Source of the DNA: Syntrophales bacterium
GTDB lineage: Bacteria > Desulfobacterota > Syntrophia > Syntrophales > UBA2210
DNA length: 64,000 nt
Assembly (NCBI GenBank): GCA_963662405.2
Contig: CAXXKT010000001.1
Span: 512,001 to 576,000, forward strand
Direction: 5' to 3'
Positions within the stretch are counted from its first letter, which is position 1, and the number at the start of each line of letters is the position of its first letter. The translations under genes were made by a program, and so were the position numbers. Below the pieces are notes generated by a model that was not told where the DNA came from, made no database searches, and was given only the letters and a program-made list of their open reading frames with translations. This document shows positions 1 through 11,131 of this stretch, in pieces.

Positions 1-301
1 CCTTGAGATGCCGGAGAACGGACTCATCGGTGTGAAGAGCGAGGCCGAACGCCCCGGCAATGCATGCGGTCGTGATATCGTCCGCGGTCGGGCCGAGCCC
101 CCCCGTGACGACCAGCGCGTCGGAGGTTTCTATCAGGCAATCGAGCCCTCCCTTGATGGCTGCGGCATCGTCCCCGACGGCCATGATGGCCGACACACGC
201 CACCCCTGGGCATGGAACTCGCGCGCTATGGCGGACGAATTGGTGTCCTGCGTCATGCCGCTCGTCAGTTCATTCCCGATAACCAGTATTCCAACATGCA
301 T
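1..301 (-). CDS. cinA: Competence/damage-inducible protein CinA, N-terminal part; runs off the left edge and is not in the ORF track
   Basis: Manual translation from ATG at 301: MHVGILVIGNELTSGMTQDTNSS...VGDD...LVVTGGLGPTADDIT. This carries the MoCF-like GxE, DTN, GDD and TGGLGPTxDD motifs. Start overlaps the pgpA stop (TGATG). Confidence 0.9.
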   Translation of the reverse strand, partial: MHVGILVIGNELTSGMTQDTNSSAIAREFHAQGWRVSAIMAVGDDAAAIKGGLDCLIETSDALVVTGGLGPTADDITTACIAGAFGLALHTDESVLRHLK

Positions 302-756
302 CACACCACCCACTGAACAAAGAAAAACAATATGATATTCGCATACACGCCGGCGGCGATGTCATCGCCCACGACCCCGTATCCCCCCGGAAACCTCCGC
401 TCGCAGAGGCGGATGGGGAAGGGCTTGATAATATCGAAGATCCGAAAGAGAATGAAGCCTGCAACGATAGACCAGAAGGTCGGCGCAATCAGGAACATGG
501 TGACCTGGAACCCCGCGATCTCGTCGATGACGATCCGGCCCGGATCTTTTTCATGGTATATCCGCTCCGCCTCCTGGGAGATATAGACGGAGAAGAGGGC
601 AAAGGCGACAATCGAGAGGAGCGCAATCGGCCAGGGGAAACGGATAAAGACCAGATATAACGGTATCCCCACCAGCGTTCCCACCGTCCCGGGGGCAAGA
701 GGAGACAGACCGGTCCCCAACCCCGTTGCCATCATTTTGATGAACCGTTCGTGCAT
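301..756 (-). CDS. pgpA: Phosphatidylglycerophosphatase A
   Basis: GxGxSPxAPGTVGT, DPGRIVIDEIAG, FRIFDIIKPFPI and GVVGDDIAAG motifs; membrane protein. Confidence 0.95.
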   Translation of the reverse strand: MHERFIKMMATGLGTGLSPLAPGTVGTLVGIPLYLVFIRFPWPIALLSIVAFALFSVYISQEAERIYHEKDPGRIVIDEIAGFQVTMFLIAPTFWSIVAGFILFRIFDIIKPFPIRLCERRFPGGYGVVGDDIAAGVYANIILFFFVQWVV

Positions 757-786
757 GATTTCGATCCGCCTTTTTTACTGGATACA

Positions 787-815
787 GGAGTACAATGAGT
801 GATACCCTTTGTCAA
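787..815 (-). promoter_or_regulatory. Putative sigma70 promoter for pgpA-cinA
   Basis: Minus strand TTGACA-N17-TACTCC, with TG immediately before the -10 box. Confidence 0.4.
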
Positions 816-862
816 CGAATAACTAGGGAGCAGTTCCCCTTTCCCCCGAGGTCTTTAATTCC

Positions 863-892
863 TTGACACCCAACGCCCTTTTTTTATATAAG
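863..892 (+). promoter_or_regulatory. Putative sigma70 promoter for the speD-speE fusion
   Basis: TTGACA (863-868)-N18-TATAAG (887-892). Confidence 0.45.
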
Positions 893-939
893 AACGCCGC
901 GTTGGCCGTGGTCAACTCATTGATGCACAGGGGGTTACC

Positions 940-2016
940 ATGAAACCACGAGGAACACAGGTCCTGGCGGAGTTTTTCAACTGCGCCCCGGATATCCTGA
1001 ATGACCGGGAGTCGATCGAGAAAATCATGTGCGAGGGGATCAACAGGTTTTCCCTCGGTCTGGTGAGCCTCAACAGTCACTGTTACGATCCTATCGGGAT
1101 CACCTCCATCGCCGTTATCAGCGAATCACACGTGGCCATCCATACCTACCCGGAGGCATGTCACGCCTCTCTGGATATCTTTACCTGCTCCCGCGACAGC
1201 CGGGTGTCTTTCGAACTCCTGGACTACTTCAAGGAGCAGCTTGCCCCGGGTACCACCAGGGTCGCGGAGATCTCGCGGGGGAATCCCCTCGAGATAAACA
1301 GCAAAAACTGGATAACGGACGACACCAATCTCAGCGGCTTCGACATACGGTATCATATCGAACGGGAGATCTTCAGTAAGAAATCGACATACCAGGACAT
1401 CAGGATTATCCATAACGAGGATTTCGGGCGGATGCTGTTTCTTGACAATGATCTCCAGATAGCCGAGAAGGACGCGTACCTGTACAATGAAAGCATGGTA
1501 TCTCCTCTCGTCGAGGCAAAAATCCCTCTCAATGACGTGGCGATCCTCGGCGGCGGTGACGGAGGGGTCCTCTACGAACTGCTGAAGCATGATCCCGGGA
1601 GGGTAACCCTCGTTGATATCGACCGGGAGGTGACAGCGGCGTGTGCACAACACCTGAGAGGCATCTGCCACGGCGCCTTTGACGACGAAAGGACTGAGCT
1701 CGTCCATGACGACGTCCTGCAGTTTCTGGACGGCAGCCGCCGGTTCGACGGCGTTCTCTACGATCTGACAATGCACCCGGAGGCCTTCATTGACATGGAT
1801 CGAGAGGTGTATCTGGACAATCTCTTCTCCAAGATCAAGGGTGTGATGAACCCCTCCGGCATGATTACGGTTCAGTGTTGCTCCGCCTACGATGAAGAGA
1901 CCCTGAAGACAGCCAAGATCCTCCTGGCAAGGTTCTTTTCGGATGTCAGATTCGCCGAGACGTACATCCCCTCGTACTGTACACCCTGGGTATTCGCCTC
2001 AGGTGTCAAGGCATAA
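940..2016 (+). CDS. Fused S-adenosylmethionine decarboxylase proenzyme / polyamine aminopropyltransferase (SpeD-SpeE-type fusion)
   Basis: N-terminal SE|SHVAIHTYPE self-cleavage motif and DIFTC; C-terminal STYQDI, FGRMLFLD, ILGGGDGG and VDID aminopropyltransferase motifs. Confidence 0.92.
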   Translation: MKPRGTQVLAEFFNCAPDILNDRESIEKIMCEGINRFSLGLVSLNSHCYDPIGITSIAVISESHVAIHTYPEACHASLDIFTCSRDSRVSFELLDYFKEQLAPGTTRVAEISRGNPLEINSKNWITDDTNLSGFDIRYHIEREIFSKKSTYQDIRIIHNEDFGRMLFLDNDLQIAEKDAYLYNESMVSPLVEAKIPLNDVAILGGGDGGVLYELLKHDPGRVTLVDIDREVTAACAQHLRGICHGAFDDERTELVHDDVLQFLDGSRRFDGVLYDLTMHPEAFIDMDREVYLDNLFSKIKGVMNPSGMITVQCCSAYDEETLKTAKILLARFFSDVRFAETYIPSYCTPWVFASGVKA

Positions 2017-2056
2017 CCATCTCCTTGTTGTCAAAATCCGGAGGCCCGGGAAACGG

Positions 2057-4207
2057 TCAATAAGCCACGCACCTACATCCGAGGATATTCGAATGATAGT
2101 GAGGATGAAGTACCGTTCTGTCGGAGAGTGCTATCCCGTTTCCTGATATAAAACTTCCCCCCTTCGCGATATACAGTCCTTCGGTTCCCCCGTTTTGAGG
2201 ATCGGGTTCTTTTGAACGCGTTATCGTCCATTCCAGGACATTCCCCAACATATCCGCGATACCGTATCTGTTTTCAAATTCGCGGTATCTATCGACGGTT
2301 GTCGTGTCACCGATAAGATTTCCTTCGGTATTACAGGCATCATCCAGCCACTCATCTCCCCAGGGAAAGAAACGCCCGTCCGAGGTCCGTGCGGCAGCCT
2401 CCCACTCTTCCTCAGAGGGTAACCGTTTCCCCGTCCACGCCGCAAAGGCCAGGGCATCCTCCAGGCTTATCTGGACGACGGGGTGGTTTCTCTTCCCATA
2501 CAGGGTGCTCCCGGGACCAAACGGCTGGTACCAGCACGCCCCCTTCACCACCTTCACGCTGAGCGATGCATTACAGGAAAAGGTCGTCATCGAATCATTG
2601 ACCGCTTTCTTCTGTGCGCGGTGGCGACCATGAAACACCGTCCCGTACCCCACTCGCTCCGCCGTTGTCTTGTAACCGGTTTCTTCGATAAAGATCTCAA
2701 AGAGGACATTCGTCACGGGAAACTTCCCCAGATAGAACGGGGGAAGATGAACGACCCGTTCAATATTGACGCTCTTTGCGGACAGCCCGGAACCGATGGG
2801 AAAGTTACCCTCGGGGATCAGGATATACTGGTTGTAAAACCGATCCATGGCGGCGAGAGATTCGTTGAACTGTTCGGCCAGGAGTCGCAGTCCCTCCTCT
2901 TCATCCTCGGTGCCAGCTGATTCGCCAGAATCGACATCATAGGATACATCCCCGTCCGATCCCGCGTCATCAACTTCCTCCAGCACCTCTTCAAGATCGT
3001 CCTCGCCAACCTCTTCCAACTCCTCATCCGGTGGAATATCCTCTCCTTCCTCCCCCGGCAAATCACCAGGCCCGGCCTCGCCATCGTCCTCCACAACTTC
3101 TTCGAACAGCTCCGCGATGTCGTCTTCGTCAACCACCTCCAGTTCCTCATCCGGGGCCACCTCCTCAACCTCATCACCGGCCCCCGCGATATCGACCTCT
3201 TCCAGGACCTCCTCGCTATCGGCCGCATCCACTTCCTCCAGCTCCTCGTCGGGGGAGAGTCCTTCCACCTCTCCCGGGAGATCTCCGGGGTCCTCCTCTC
3301 CGTCAACCTCTTCCAGGATCTCCTCGATCTCCCCCGCATACACCTCCTCCAGATCCTCGTCGGGGGAGAGTCCTTCCACCTCTCCCGGGAAATCTTCTGG
3401 GGCCTCCTCTCCGTCAACCTCTTCCAGGATCTCCTCGATCTCCCCCGCGTCCACTTCCTCCAGATCCTCGTCGGGGGAGAGTTCATCCACCTCTCCCGGG
3501 AGATCTCCGGGGTCCTCCTCTCCGTCAACCTCTTCCAGGATCTCCTCGATCTCCCCCGCGTCCACCTCCTCCAGATCCTCGTCGGGGGAGAGTTCATCCT
3601 CTTCCTCTCTATCGCCCGCGTCGATCTCCTCCAACACCTCATCCAGAGGAACAACCGGTTCACCCAACCCGGCCCTGGCGCTCAATTCGCGGATAAGCTC
3701 CCTGATCTCTTGCAACCCGCCGGGATCATTTTCCGGTCCCCCGTTGTGAAAGGAGGATGATTCCGCAAGGGTTTCACCCAGCACCTTCAAGACATCCTTG
3801 ACCTGCTGCAGCAGAGCCGCCTCATCTTCTTTGGGCCTCTTGACAAAGGCCTCGAGGGCATCGTTCCTTGCCTCATCGGACATGATAAAGGTGTTACCGG
3901 GTCCGATAATGACCCCTTCCGGATTCTCCCCTTTGATATACAGTTCTTCTAATTCCTTATTGATGGCCGACTTGATACTGGTAAAGTTTTTTCGCCTGTT
4001 TTTGATAATAATGGGGTCATCCCCCGTATCCCAGAGGAGCGTGATCAGTTCATCCGTATCAATCCGCGTGAGGGTCTCAATCGCCCTCTCATCTTCATAA
4101 TACCGGCGGACAAGACGAATAAATCTGCTTTTCAACGTCTTCTTGTCTTTATAATGGAAATGGGACAACGCCTCATCAATACCTTCTCTGGTTATCGCAA
4201 GGGCCAC
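2057..4207 (-). CDS. FGE-sulfatase/SUMF1-fold domain protein with a long acidic repeat linker
   Basis: C-terminal PVTN, HPVVQIS..DA.AFAAW.GKRLPSEEEWE.AAR, DMLGNVLEWT, KGGSF and GCRCV; central D/E-rich 37-aa repeats. Confidence 0.85.
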   Translation of the reverse strand: MALAITREGIDEALSHFHYKDKKTLKSRFIRLVRRYYEDERAIETLTRIDTDELITLLWDTGDDPIIIKNRRKNFTSIKSAINKELEELYIKGENPEGVIIGPGNTFIMSDEARNDALEAFVKRPKEDEAALLQQVKDVLKVLGETLAESSSFHNGGPENDPGGLQEIRELIRELSARAGLGEPVVPLDEVLEEIDAGDREEEDELSPDEDLEEVDAGEIEEILEEVDGEEDPGDLPGEVDELSPDEDLEEVDAGEIEEILEEVDGEEAPEDFPGEVEGLSPDEDLEEVYAGEIEEILEEVDGEEDPGDLPGEVEGLSPDEELEEVDAADSEEVLEEVDIAGAGDEVEEVAPDEELEVVDEDDIAELFEEVVEDDGEAGPGDLPGEEGEDIPPDEELEEVGEDDLEEVLEEVDDAGSDGDVSYDVDSGESAGTEDEEEGLRLLAEQFNESLAAMDRFYNQYILIPEGNFPIGSGLSAKSVNIERVVHLPPFYLGKFPVTNVLFEIFIEETGYKTTAERVGYGTVFHGRHRAQKKAVNDSMTTFSCNASLSVKVVKGACWYQPFGPGSTLYGKRNHPVVQISLEDALAFAAWTGKRLPSEEEWEAAARTSDGRFFPWGDEWLDDACNTEGNLIGDTTTVDRYREFENRYGIADMLGNVLEWTITRSKEPDPQNGGTEGLYIAKGGSFISGNGIALSDRTVLHPHYHSNILGCRCVAY
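3229..3598. repeat. 111-bp (37-codon) coding tandem repeat, about 3.3 copies
   Basis: CGTCGGGGGAGAG recurs at 3247, 3358, 3469 and 3580; unit encodes LSPDEDLEEVDAGEIEEILEEVDGEEDPGDLPGEV(D/E). Confidence 0.9.
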
Positions 4208-4574
4208 AGCAGTATCCTTTCACGCTTCCCGGCAACAACGGGATGTACCTCGTTATTCATTCGTATCCATACTGATTCGCTTTCTCTCGGTCTCACGCCT
4301 GACCTCCCTGTAGGCTTCCCATCACGCAGGATACCGGGGTATACGATCACCCCCCACACAACAAATCATAATATTATCATCGGTTGATTGTCGGACTTTC
4401 TCCTGAACGTCGCATCGTCCGGAATCCAGACAGGATCGTCGGACCCCTCTTCGCTCAAGGCAAGAAATATGCCCCGTCGAGAGAGCGTGGAAAGGATTAT
4501 GCAATCCCGGCAGGGAACGTGTCCGGAACCGGTCATCCACAATACAACCCGGCCGCCCAACCCCCGCACAACAC

Positions 4575-4588
4575 GTCAATATATTGAC
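4575..4588. promoter_or_regulatory. Perfect 14-bp palindrome GTCAATATATTGAC in a divergent intergenic region
   Basis: Self-complementary, with outward-facing TTGAC on both strands. Confidence 0.4.
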
Positions 4589-4879
4589 TATCTTCTCTGT
4601 GTCATGCCTCCCCGAGGGCGGATACCCCGGTGATCCCTCTCCGGAACAGACGGGGAGGTCGTCCGTCCGGTCCCACGAGGCGCCCGACCTCACGTCGGCT
4701 GCCCCCGAGGCAAAGAAAATGGCGGCAGATTGCGTCCGCCGCAGCACGTGCAAATCAAAAGACCCTCCTCCAGACTGGCGAGACAGCTCCTTTTTGCCGA
4801 TTACCCGTTAGGGTTGATGCTGTGGTACAAATTTTGCTATTTTCGTTTCATGTTTGAGGGCGAAAAGGAGAAGATTCAG

Positions 4880-5374
4880 ATGAGAATAACAGATCCGGAA
4901 ATCATCAAGAGCGGGGAGAGCGAACTGATTGATTCCATAACCGCCGATATGGATTGGGGAGAAATCGGAAAGGTATTCGTCGAAAAGCACCATCTGTATA
5001 TCGCTGACGACGTTGAATACAAGGACGGCGATATTATCGTCCATAAAGATCAAATCGCATATCAATTGAATTTTGACGTCAAGGTCAGCCTTTCAATTGT
5101 CCTGAATCGAGAGGGAAATTATCTTTCTCTCTTGACATCGCTCGACGAGGATGCCGACCGATCAAAGGCCGGCGAGGCGTCGGTCGCAGCAGACCGGGCC
5201 GCAAACGAAGGCGAGGCGTCGGTCGCAGCAGACCGGGCCGCAAACGAAGGCGAGGAGTCCTTATCACCATCAGAGCAGGACGAGTCCGGGAACGATGAAG
5301 AACCACCGCAGGAGGTCGCCCCGGAGACAGCGGCGCCGGGAGAGGAGCCGACAAACCAGGCATCACAGACTTAA
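4880..5374 (+). CDS. Hypothetical protein with acidic disordered C-terminal tail
   Basis: AAGGAG RBS upstream of ATG 4880 (preferred over 4730); globular N-terminal ~85 aa followed by an acidic tail. Confidence 0.75.
   Translation: MRITDPEIIKSGESELIDSITADMDWGEIGKVFVEKHHLYIADDVEYKDGDIIVHKDQIAYQLNFDVKVSLSIVLNREGNYLSLLTSLDEDADRSKAGEASVAADRAANEGEASVAADRAANEGEESLSPSEQDESGNDEEPPQEVAPETAAPGEEPTNQASQT
5171..5255. repeat. 39-bp coding tandem repeat (2.2 copies)
   Basis: GGCGAGGCGTCGGTCGCAGCAGACCGGGCCGCAAACGAA twice plus GGCGAGG; encodes GEASVAADRAANE. Confidence 0.9.
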
Positions 5375-5445
5375 ACAGATGAATTCTACGAAGACGAAGG
5401 CGACACGGTGCATGCTGAGAATGGATTTCAAGATGGGACGGTATT

Positions 5446-7014
5446 ATGACAAATAAAACCCCTGAAGGGGGGTCTGTTGCAGAGGGGATTGCATATCGGT
5501 TTGATACAATACTCAGCGGTCATATACAGCGGCTCCTCGGGGCACGGCATGGAATCGGGGGCTTACCGGTAACGACCAATGCCGTATCGTGCATTCTGCT
5601 CTTTGCCGAACAGGTCAAAAACGAACAGGGTGACCCTGCCGGATCCGAGCCGTACAACCGGGAGAGGCTCCATACTGAACTGACGGAGATGTGTCTGGAT
5701 GCCGATACGATCATGGATATGATCATACCGGACCTGGCCCGGAGGGGATATATCCGGACCACTGCCGATTCCGGCATCTTCATCCTGGATCATACCGTCC
5801 GTATGGCCCGGATTCTCGACCACATCTTCCCCACCATGCCGGGGATCAATCTGGTCGCCTATCTCGCCCAGGCCATGGATGAGGTGAAGTCCGGGCGTAA
5901 ATCCCTTGAGACCGCCGCAAACCATTTCGATCAGACACTGACCATACACGGCGTCGCTCTCAAGAAGAAACAGGGCCCGGCTGACGGCGGAAGATCGCTC
6001 AACCGCGAAGATATCGCGTCCCTCATACAAAAACAAAATCGCCGTCCTGTCCGAAGTAAGATCATCAAGGGTTCGGATTTTGAAGCTGCACAGAAAAAGC
6101 GTGCAGCCGGGGGGGGAAAAGCTCCCGTTCCCGAGACGGTACCACCACCCGAGGTAACCTCCCCGGATCCACAGGGCACAGTTGCCGCAACACCGGTTCC
6201 GGAACTGCTAGCCGGATCAGCTCGAGCAACGTCAGTCCCCGAGAATCGTCTCGTCGAACCGGATCGAGAACACCATAAGGTTGACCTTATCAATACGCCG
6301 CCCGGCGAGACCCCTGAAGCAGGTGAACATGCCCCGTCTTTTTCCACCGTGTTTTCGAACACCTCCTCCCTGAGGGAGGGGCAGGCACCCCTCGTCGCCC
6401 CTCTCCATGATCTCATCATGTCGGGAGACATGAATCCCTCGTCCCGCTCGACATCGGAGATAGATCCGGTTATCTCCTCTTCGACGGGAGCAGGGGGGAT
6501 AGATGAAGAGAAAGGGGGGAACGATCCGTCCGGATCGACAGCGGGCGAAAAGTTCCGCGACGAAACGGACGAAGTGGCAGGGAATATATCTCCCGATCCG
6601 GTGGTCTCGCCGGGCGATGACAACATTGTCGAGAAACGAATTGCAGACTTTGCAGAAGATCTCGCGATGCAGTGTCCTATATGCCGAACAGGCCGGATCG
6701 TATCACACCAGACGATAACGGGAAAATGCTATTACGCCTGCTCGGACAGGAACTGCACCTTCATAAGCTGGGGGAAGCCGCATCACCTGACCTGCCCGGC
6801 ATGCGGCAATCCTTTTTTGATTGAATCTCCGGGGCAAGATGGGGAAAGCATACTCACATGTCCACGGGCAACCTGTTTTCACCGGCAGAGCCACCCTTCC
6901 GATGCCTCAGGCGATGCTACCCAGACAAAGAATCCACCCGCATCATCCACGACCTCAAAACCGCCATCCCGCAAAAAACTGGTCAGAAGAAAGGTGGTCC
7001 GCAGAAAACGGTAA
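5446..7014 (+). CDS. Hypothetical protein with two C-terminal topoisomerase-type C4 zinc ribbons and a basic tail
   Basis: CPIC...YACSDRNCTFISWGKP...CPACG..FL...CPRATC resembles TopA C-terminal zinc ribbons; ends RKKLVRRKVVRRKR; no topoisomerase core. Confidence 0.75.
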   Translation: MTNKTPEGGSVAEGIAYRFDTILSGHIQRLLGARHGIGGLPVTTNAVSCILLFAEQVKNEQGDPAGSEPYNRERLHTELTEMCLDADTIMDMIIPDLARRGYIRTTADSGIFILDHTVRMARILDHIFPTMPGINLVAYLAQAMDEVKSGRKSLETAANHFDQTLTIHGVALKKKQGPADGGRSLNREDIASLIQKQNRRPVRSKIIKGSDFEAAQKKRAAGGGKAPVPETVPPPEVTSPDPQGTVAATPVPELLAGSARATSVPENRLVEPDREHHKVDLINTPPGETPEAGEHAPSFSTVFSNTSSLREGQAPLVAPLHDLIMSGDMNPSSRSTSEIDPVISSSTGAGGIDEEKGGNDPSGSTAGEKFRDETDEVAGNISPDPVVSPGDDNIVEKRIADFAEDLAMQCPICRTGRIVSHQTITGKCYYACSDRNCTFISWGKPHHLTCPACGNPFLIESPGQDGESILTCPRATCFHRQSHPSDASGDATQTKNPPASSTTSKPPSRKKLVRRKVVRRKR

Positions 7015-7018
7015 CAGA

Positions 7019-7603
7019 TCAGGACGCGGCGTATTCCATCTTGATATCATCGAGTTCCGCCATATCATAATGCTCCGCCTTTCCGTAGAACTCAATCACA
7101 TCCTTTGCCGGACCGGATATCACGCCCGTGGCCTTTAACTCATATTCGTGCAGGGGGGCATAGGCCTCCACTCCCTTCCCTTCGGGGAGTTCGGACTCCC
7201 TAGCCTGATAATCCTGCGCCTGAAGCCCTTCCGGCAATTTTTCAAAGAGTGCCTTCAGTTCATCCCCCAGTTCCCGGGTATATGCCCGGAAACGGAAGCC
7301 GAACGACGCCCGCTTGATCTTTTTCTCGGAAATGATCTTGAGAGACAGTTCATCGTCCCGCCTCTCCAGGGCCTCTTCGAGGAGTTTGTGAAATCCGGTA
7401 CCGACGATCAGATGAAACCGATTCCCCCGGATCCCGACAAGGCGCATCATCTGGCCGAATCTGCTCTCATTTTCTACGTGATGGTCCTCACCGAAGATCG
7501 CCTCCCCCTGAATTCCTTTCCCTTCAAGAAATCCGATCACAAATCCCCTCACGAGATCGAGTGATTCCCCCTCAATCACCACTTCACAATATTCCTTGTT
7601 CAT
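7019..7603 (-). CDS. Hypothetical protein
   Basis: 194-aa ORF with AAGGTG RBS, directly downstream of the antiporter in the same orientation. Confidence 0.75.
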   Translation of the reverse strand: MNKEYCEVVIEGESLDLVRGFVIGFLEGKGIQGEAIFGEDHHVENESRFGQMMRLVGIRGNRFHLIVGTGFHKLLEEALERRDDELSLKIISEKKIKRASFGFRFRAYTRELGDELKALFEKLPEGLQAQDYQARESELPEGKGVEAYAPLHEYELKATGVISGPAKDVIEFYGKAEHYDMAELDDIKMEYAAS

Positions 7604-7642
7604 ACCGCCGCACCTTTCTCATTGATCTCTTCCCCCTTCCCG

Positions 7643-9133
7643 CTAAAAGAATATAAAGGTAACAAGGATAAACACGGGAACCAGGATGGGGATCGAATAC
7701 TTGATCATATACCCGAAGAAACTGGGCATGTTGATCCCCGCCTCTTCGGCGATCGATTTCACCATAAAGTTCGGGGCGTTCCCGATGTATGTATTTGCCC
7801 CCATGAAGACAGCGCCGGCCGATATGGCCTTCAGGTACATGATAAACTCCGGATTCGCCGTTGCCGCCTTCGCCGCGAGGGCTGCGGGGACAGCCGATTC
7901 CGCAATCCCCAGTTTACCGAGGGCCAGGTTGAAGAAGGTGAGATAGGTCGGGGCATTGTCGAGGAACGACGATAGCGCACCGGTCACCCAGAAGTAATGA
8001 TACGGCTCCCGGACCACCGCCACAAGACCCGCGAGGGCCCCTTCGTTCCCCGCCTTCAGGATGGCCAGTGCCGGGATGATCGTCATGAAGATACCGGCAA
8101 AGAGTTTCGCCACTTCCATAATTGGAAACCAGCTGAAGTCATTGGCCTCTCTCAGGGCCTTGGTCGTGAATATCAGTGAAAGGGCGCCCATGAGGACAAT
8201 TCCCACGTCCCTCATTATGTTCTGATACTCCATGTGAACACCGAGGAGCATGAAATGCCCCGGCTTCCAGTACCCGCTCATCAGGACAAGGCCGACAACC
8301 CCCAGGAGAAACAGAAAATTGGTCACCCCTTCTATCTTGAAGGGGATCTTTTCTTCGTCGGGGTTACTTTCCACCCGTCCCCTTTCTTTGCGGTAAAACA
8401 AGGTATCAATGATAAAAAAGAGCGCCAGCAGGATCCCAGATGTCACCAGCATGTGCGGGAGGATATTCGCGGTCACCCAGAAGAAGGGAACATTGTGCAA
8501 GAATCCCAGAAAGAGCGGCGGATCACCCAGCGGCGTCAGCGAACCGCCGACATTCGCCACGAGAAATATAAAAAAGCAGACGACATGCGTCTTCTTCAGG
8601 CGATCCTTGTTGGCCCTCAGCACGGGACGGATCATCACCATGGCCGCCCCCGTCGTCCCCACGCATGACGCCAGGACCGTACCGATCAACAACATGACCG
8701 TATTGACCAGCGGGGTCCCTTTCAGCGATCCCCTGACCACAATCCCTCCGGCTATCGTGAAGAGTCCCCACAGGAGTATGATGAAGGGGATATAGTCTAT
8801 CAAGTAGATATGAAGGATATGGTAGACCGCCACACCTTGATAAACAAAGAGGAAAGGCCCTGCGAAAAGCACCGCCCAGAGGGCAGAGATCTTTCCGAAG
8901 TGATTATGCCAGAAATGGGGCATCAAAAGCGGACACAGGGCGATCGACAGCAGGATCCCGGCAAAGGGGATCGCCGTCCAGACGGGAAGTTCACCCCCGA
9001 TATCATGTCCATGACCACCGCCGTGGGCAGCAGCCTCAGCGGCGGCTGCCGGATCAGCAAACATGAGGGTGAACACTACACACAGCAAAACGAATGTCGG
9101 GATGCTCAGCAAACCCTCCCTCACACTCTTCAT
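7643..9133 (-). CDS. Ion-transporter (IT) superfamily membrane protein, putative Na+/H+ antiporter (CitMHS_2-like)
   Basis: Many TM segments; GTTGAAM, ANVGGSLTPLGDPPLFLGF, LSSFLDNAPTY and MGANTYIGNAPNFMVK; GGAGG RBS before ATG 9133. Confidence 0.85.
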   Translation of the reverse strand: MKSVREGLLSIPTFVLLCVVFTLMFADPAAAAEAAAHGGGHGHDIGGELPVWTAIPFAGILLSIALCPLLMPHFWHNHFGKISALWAVLFAGPFLFVYQGVAVYHILHIYLIDYIPFIILLWGLFTIAGGIVVRGSLKGTPLVNTVMLLIGTVLASCVGTTGAAMVMIRPVLRANKDRLKKTHVVCFFIFLVANVGGSLTPLGDPPLFLGFLHNVPFFWVTANILPHMLVTSGILLALFFIIDTLFYRKERGRVESNPDEEKIPFKIEGVTNFLFLLGVVGLVLMSGYWKPGHFMLLGVHMEYQNIMRDVGIVLMGALSLIFTTKALREANDFSWFPIMEVAKLFAGIFMTIIPALAILKAGNEGALAGLVAVVREPYHYFWVTGALSSFLDNAPTYLTFFNLALGKLGIAESAVPAALAAKAATANPEFIMYLKAISAGAVFMGANTYIGNAPNFMVKSIAEEAGINMPSFFGYMIKYSIPILVPVFILVTFIFF

Positions 9134-9258
9134 CAGTACCTCCTCCACCCCCCGTAAGAAAACAAGCCAAGTGAGCTGACCCCCTTGGCTTGATATCTGA
9201 ACAGCCTTCCGTACAGCATGGACATCGAGTACGACTTCAATACAGCATCAACTACAGT

Positions 9259-9666
9259 CTACACCTTCTCTGCGATCTTCAGCCGGGCCTCCGCCCTGTC
9301 CAGGGATTTCTTGACCTTCTCAAAATCGGGATCATCCTTGCCCATCCCGGCCAGCCGGGTCTCCGCCGCCTCCTTGGCCTTCCTCGCCTCCTCAACAATG
9401 ATGGAGCCGGCCTCCTCGATGGTCTCAACCAAGACGGTCGCCTTGAGCCCCGTCACCTCGGCATATCCCTCCCCGACAAAGTAATATGCCTTCTTATTGT
9501 CCTTCGTATAATTGAGTTCACCAACCTTGATGGAACTCAGAAACGGCACGTGACCGATCAACACTCCAAATTCACCCTCGCTCCCCGGCAATGTCACCTC
9601 CTCGACGACATCACTGAACGCAAGCTTCTCGGGCGTCACTATCTCCAGCATCATTTCATCAGCCAT
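9259..9666 (-). CDS. atpC: ATP synthase F1 epsilon subunit
   Basis: LEIVTPE...LPGSEGEFGVLIGH...GYAEV; operon position. Confidence 0.97.
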   Translation of the reverse strand: MADEMMLEIVTPEKLAFSDVVEEVTLPGSEGEFGVLIGHVPFLSSIKVGELNYTKDNKKAYYFVGEGYAEVTGLKATVLVETIEEAGSIIVEEARKAKEAAETRLAGMGKDDPDFEKVKKSLDRAEARLKIAEKV

Positions 9667-9682
9667 CTACCAATCCTCCGGC

Positions 9683-11131
<1,449 letters not shown>

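Noticed and set aside
2057..2200. FGE/C-type-lectin-fold C-terminus as the variable region of a diversity-generating retroelement
   Set aside because: No reverse transcriptase, Avd or adenine-mismatched template repeat was seen in the window; a remote DGR cannot be excluded.
3229..3598. Repeat array as CRISPR
   Set aside because: Contiguous 111-bp in-frame coding repeats with no unique spacers and no cas genes.
4322..4753. 143-aa and other short ORFs in the divergent intergenic region
   Set aside because: No clear RBS, motif or protein-like composition.
5446..7014. Annotation as DNA topoisomerase I
   Set aside because: Only zinc-ribbon-like repeats are present; no TOPRIM or catalytic core was recognised.
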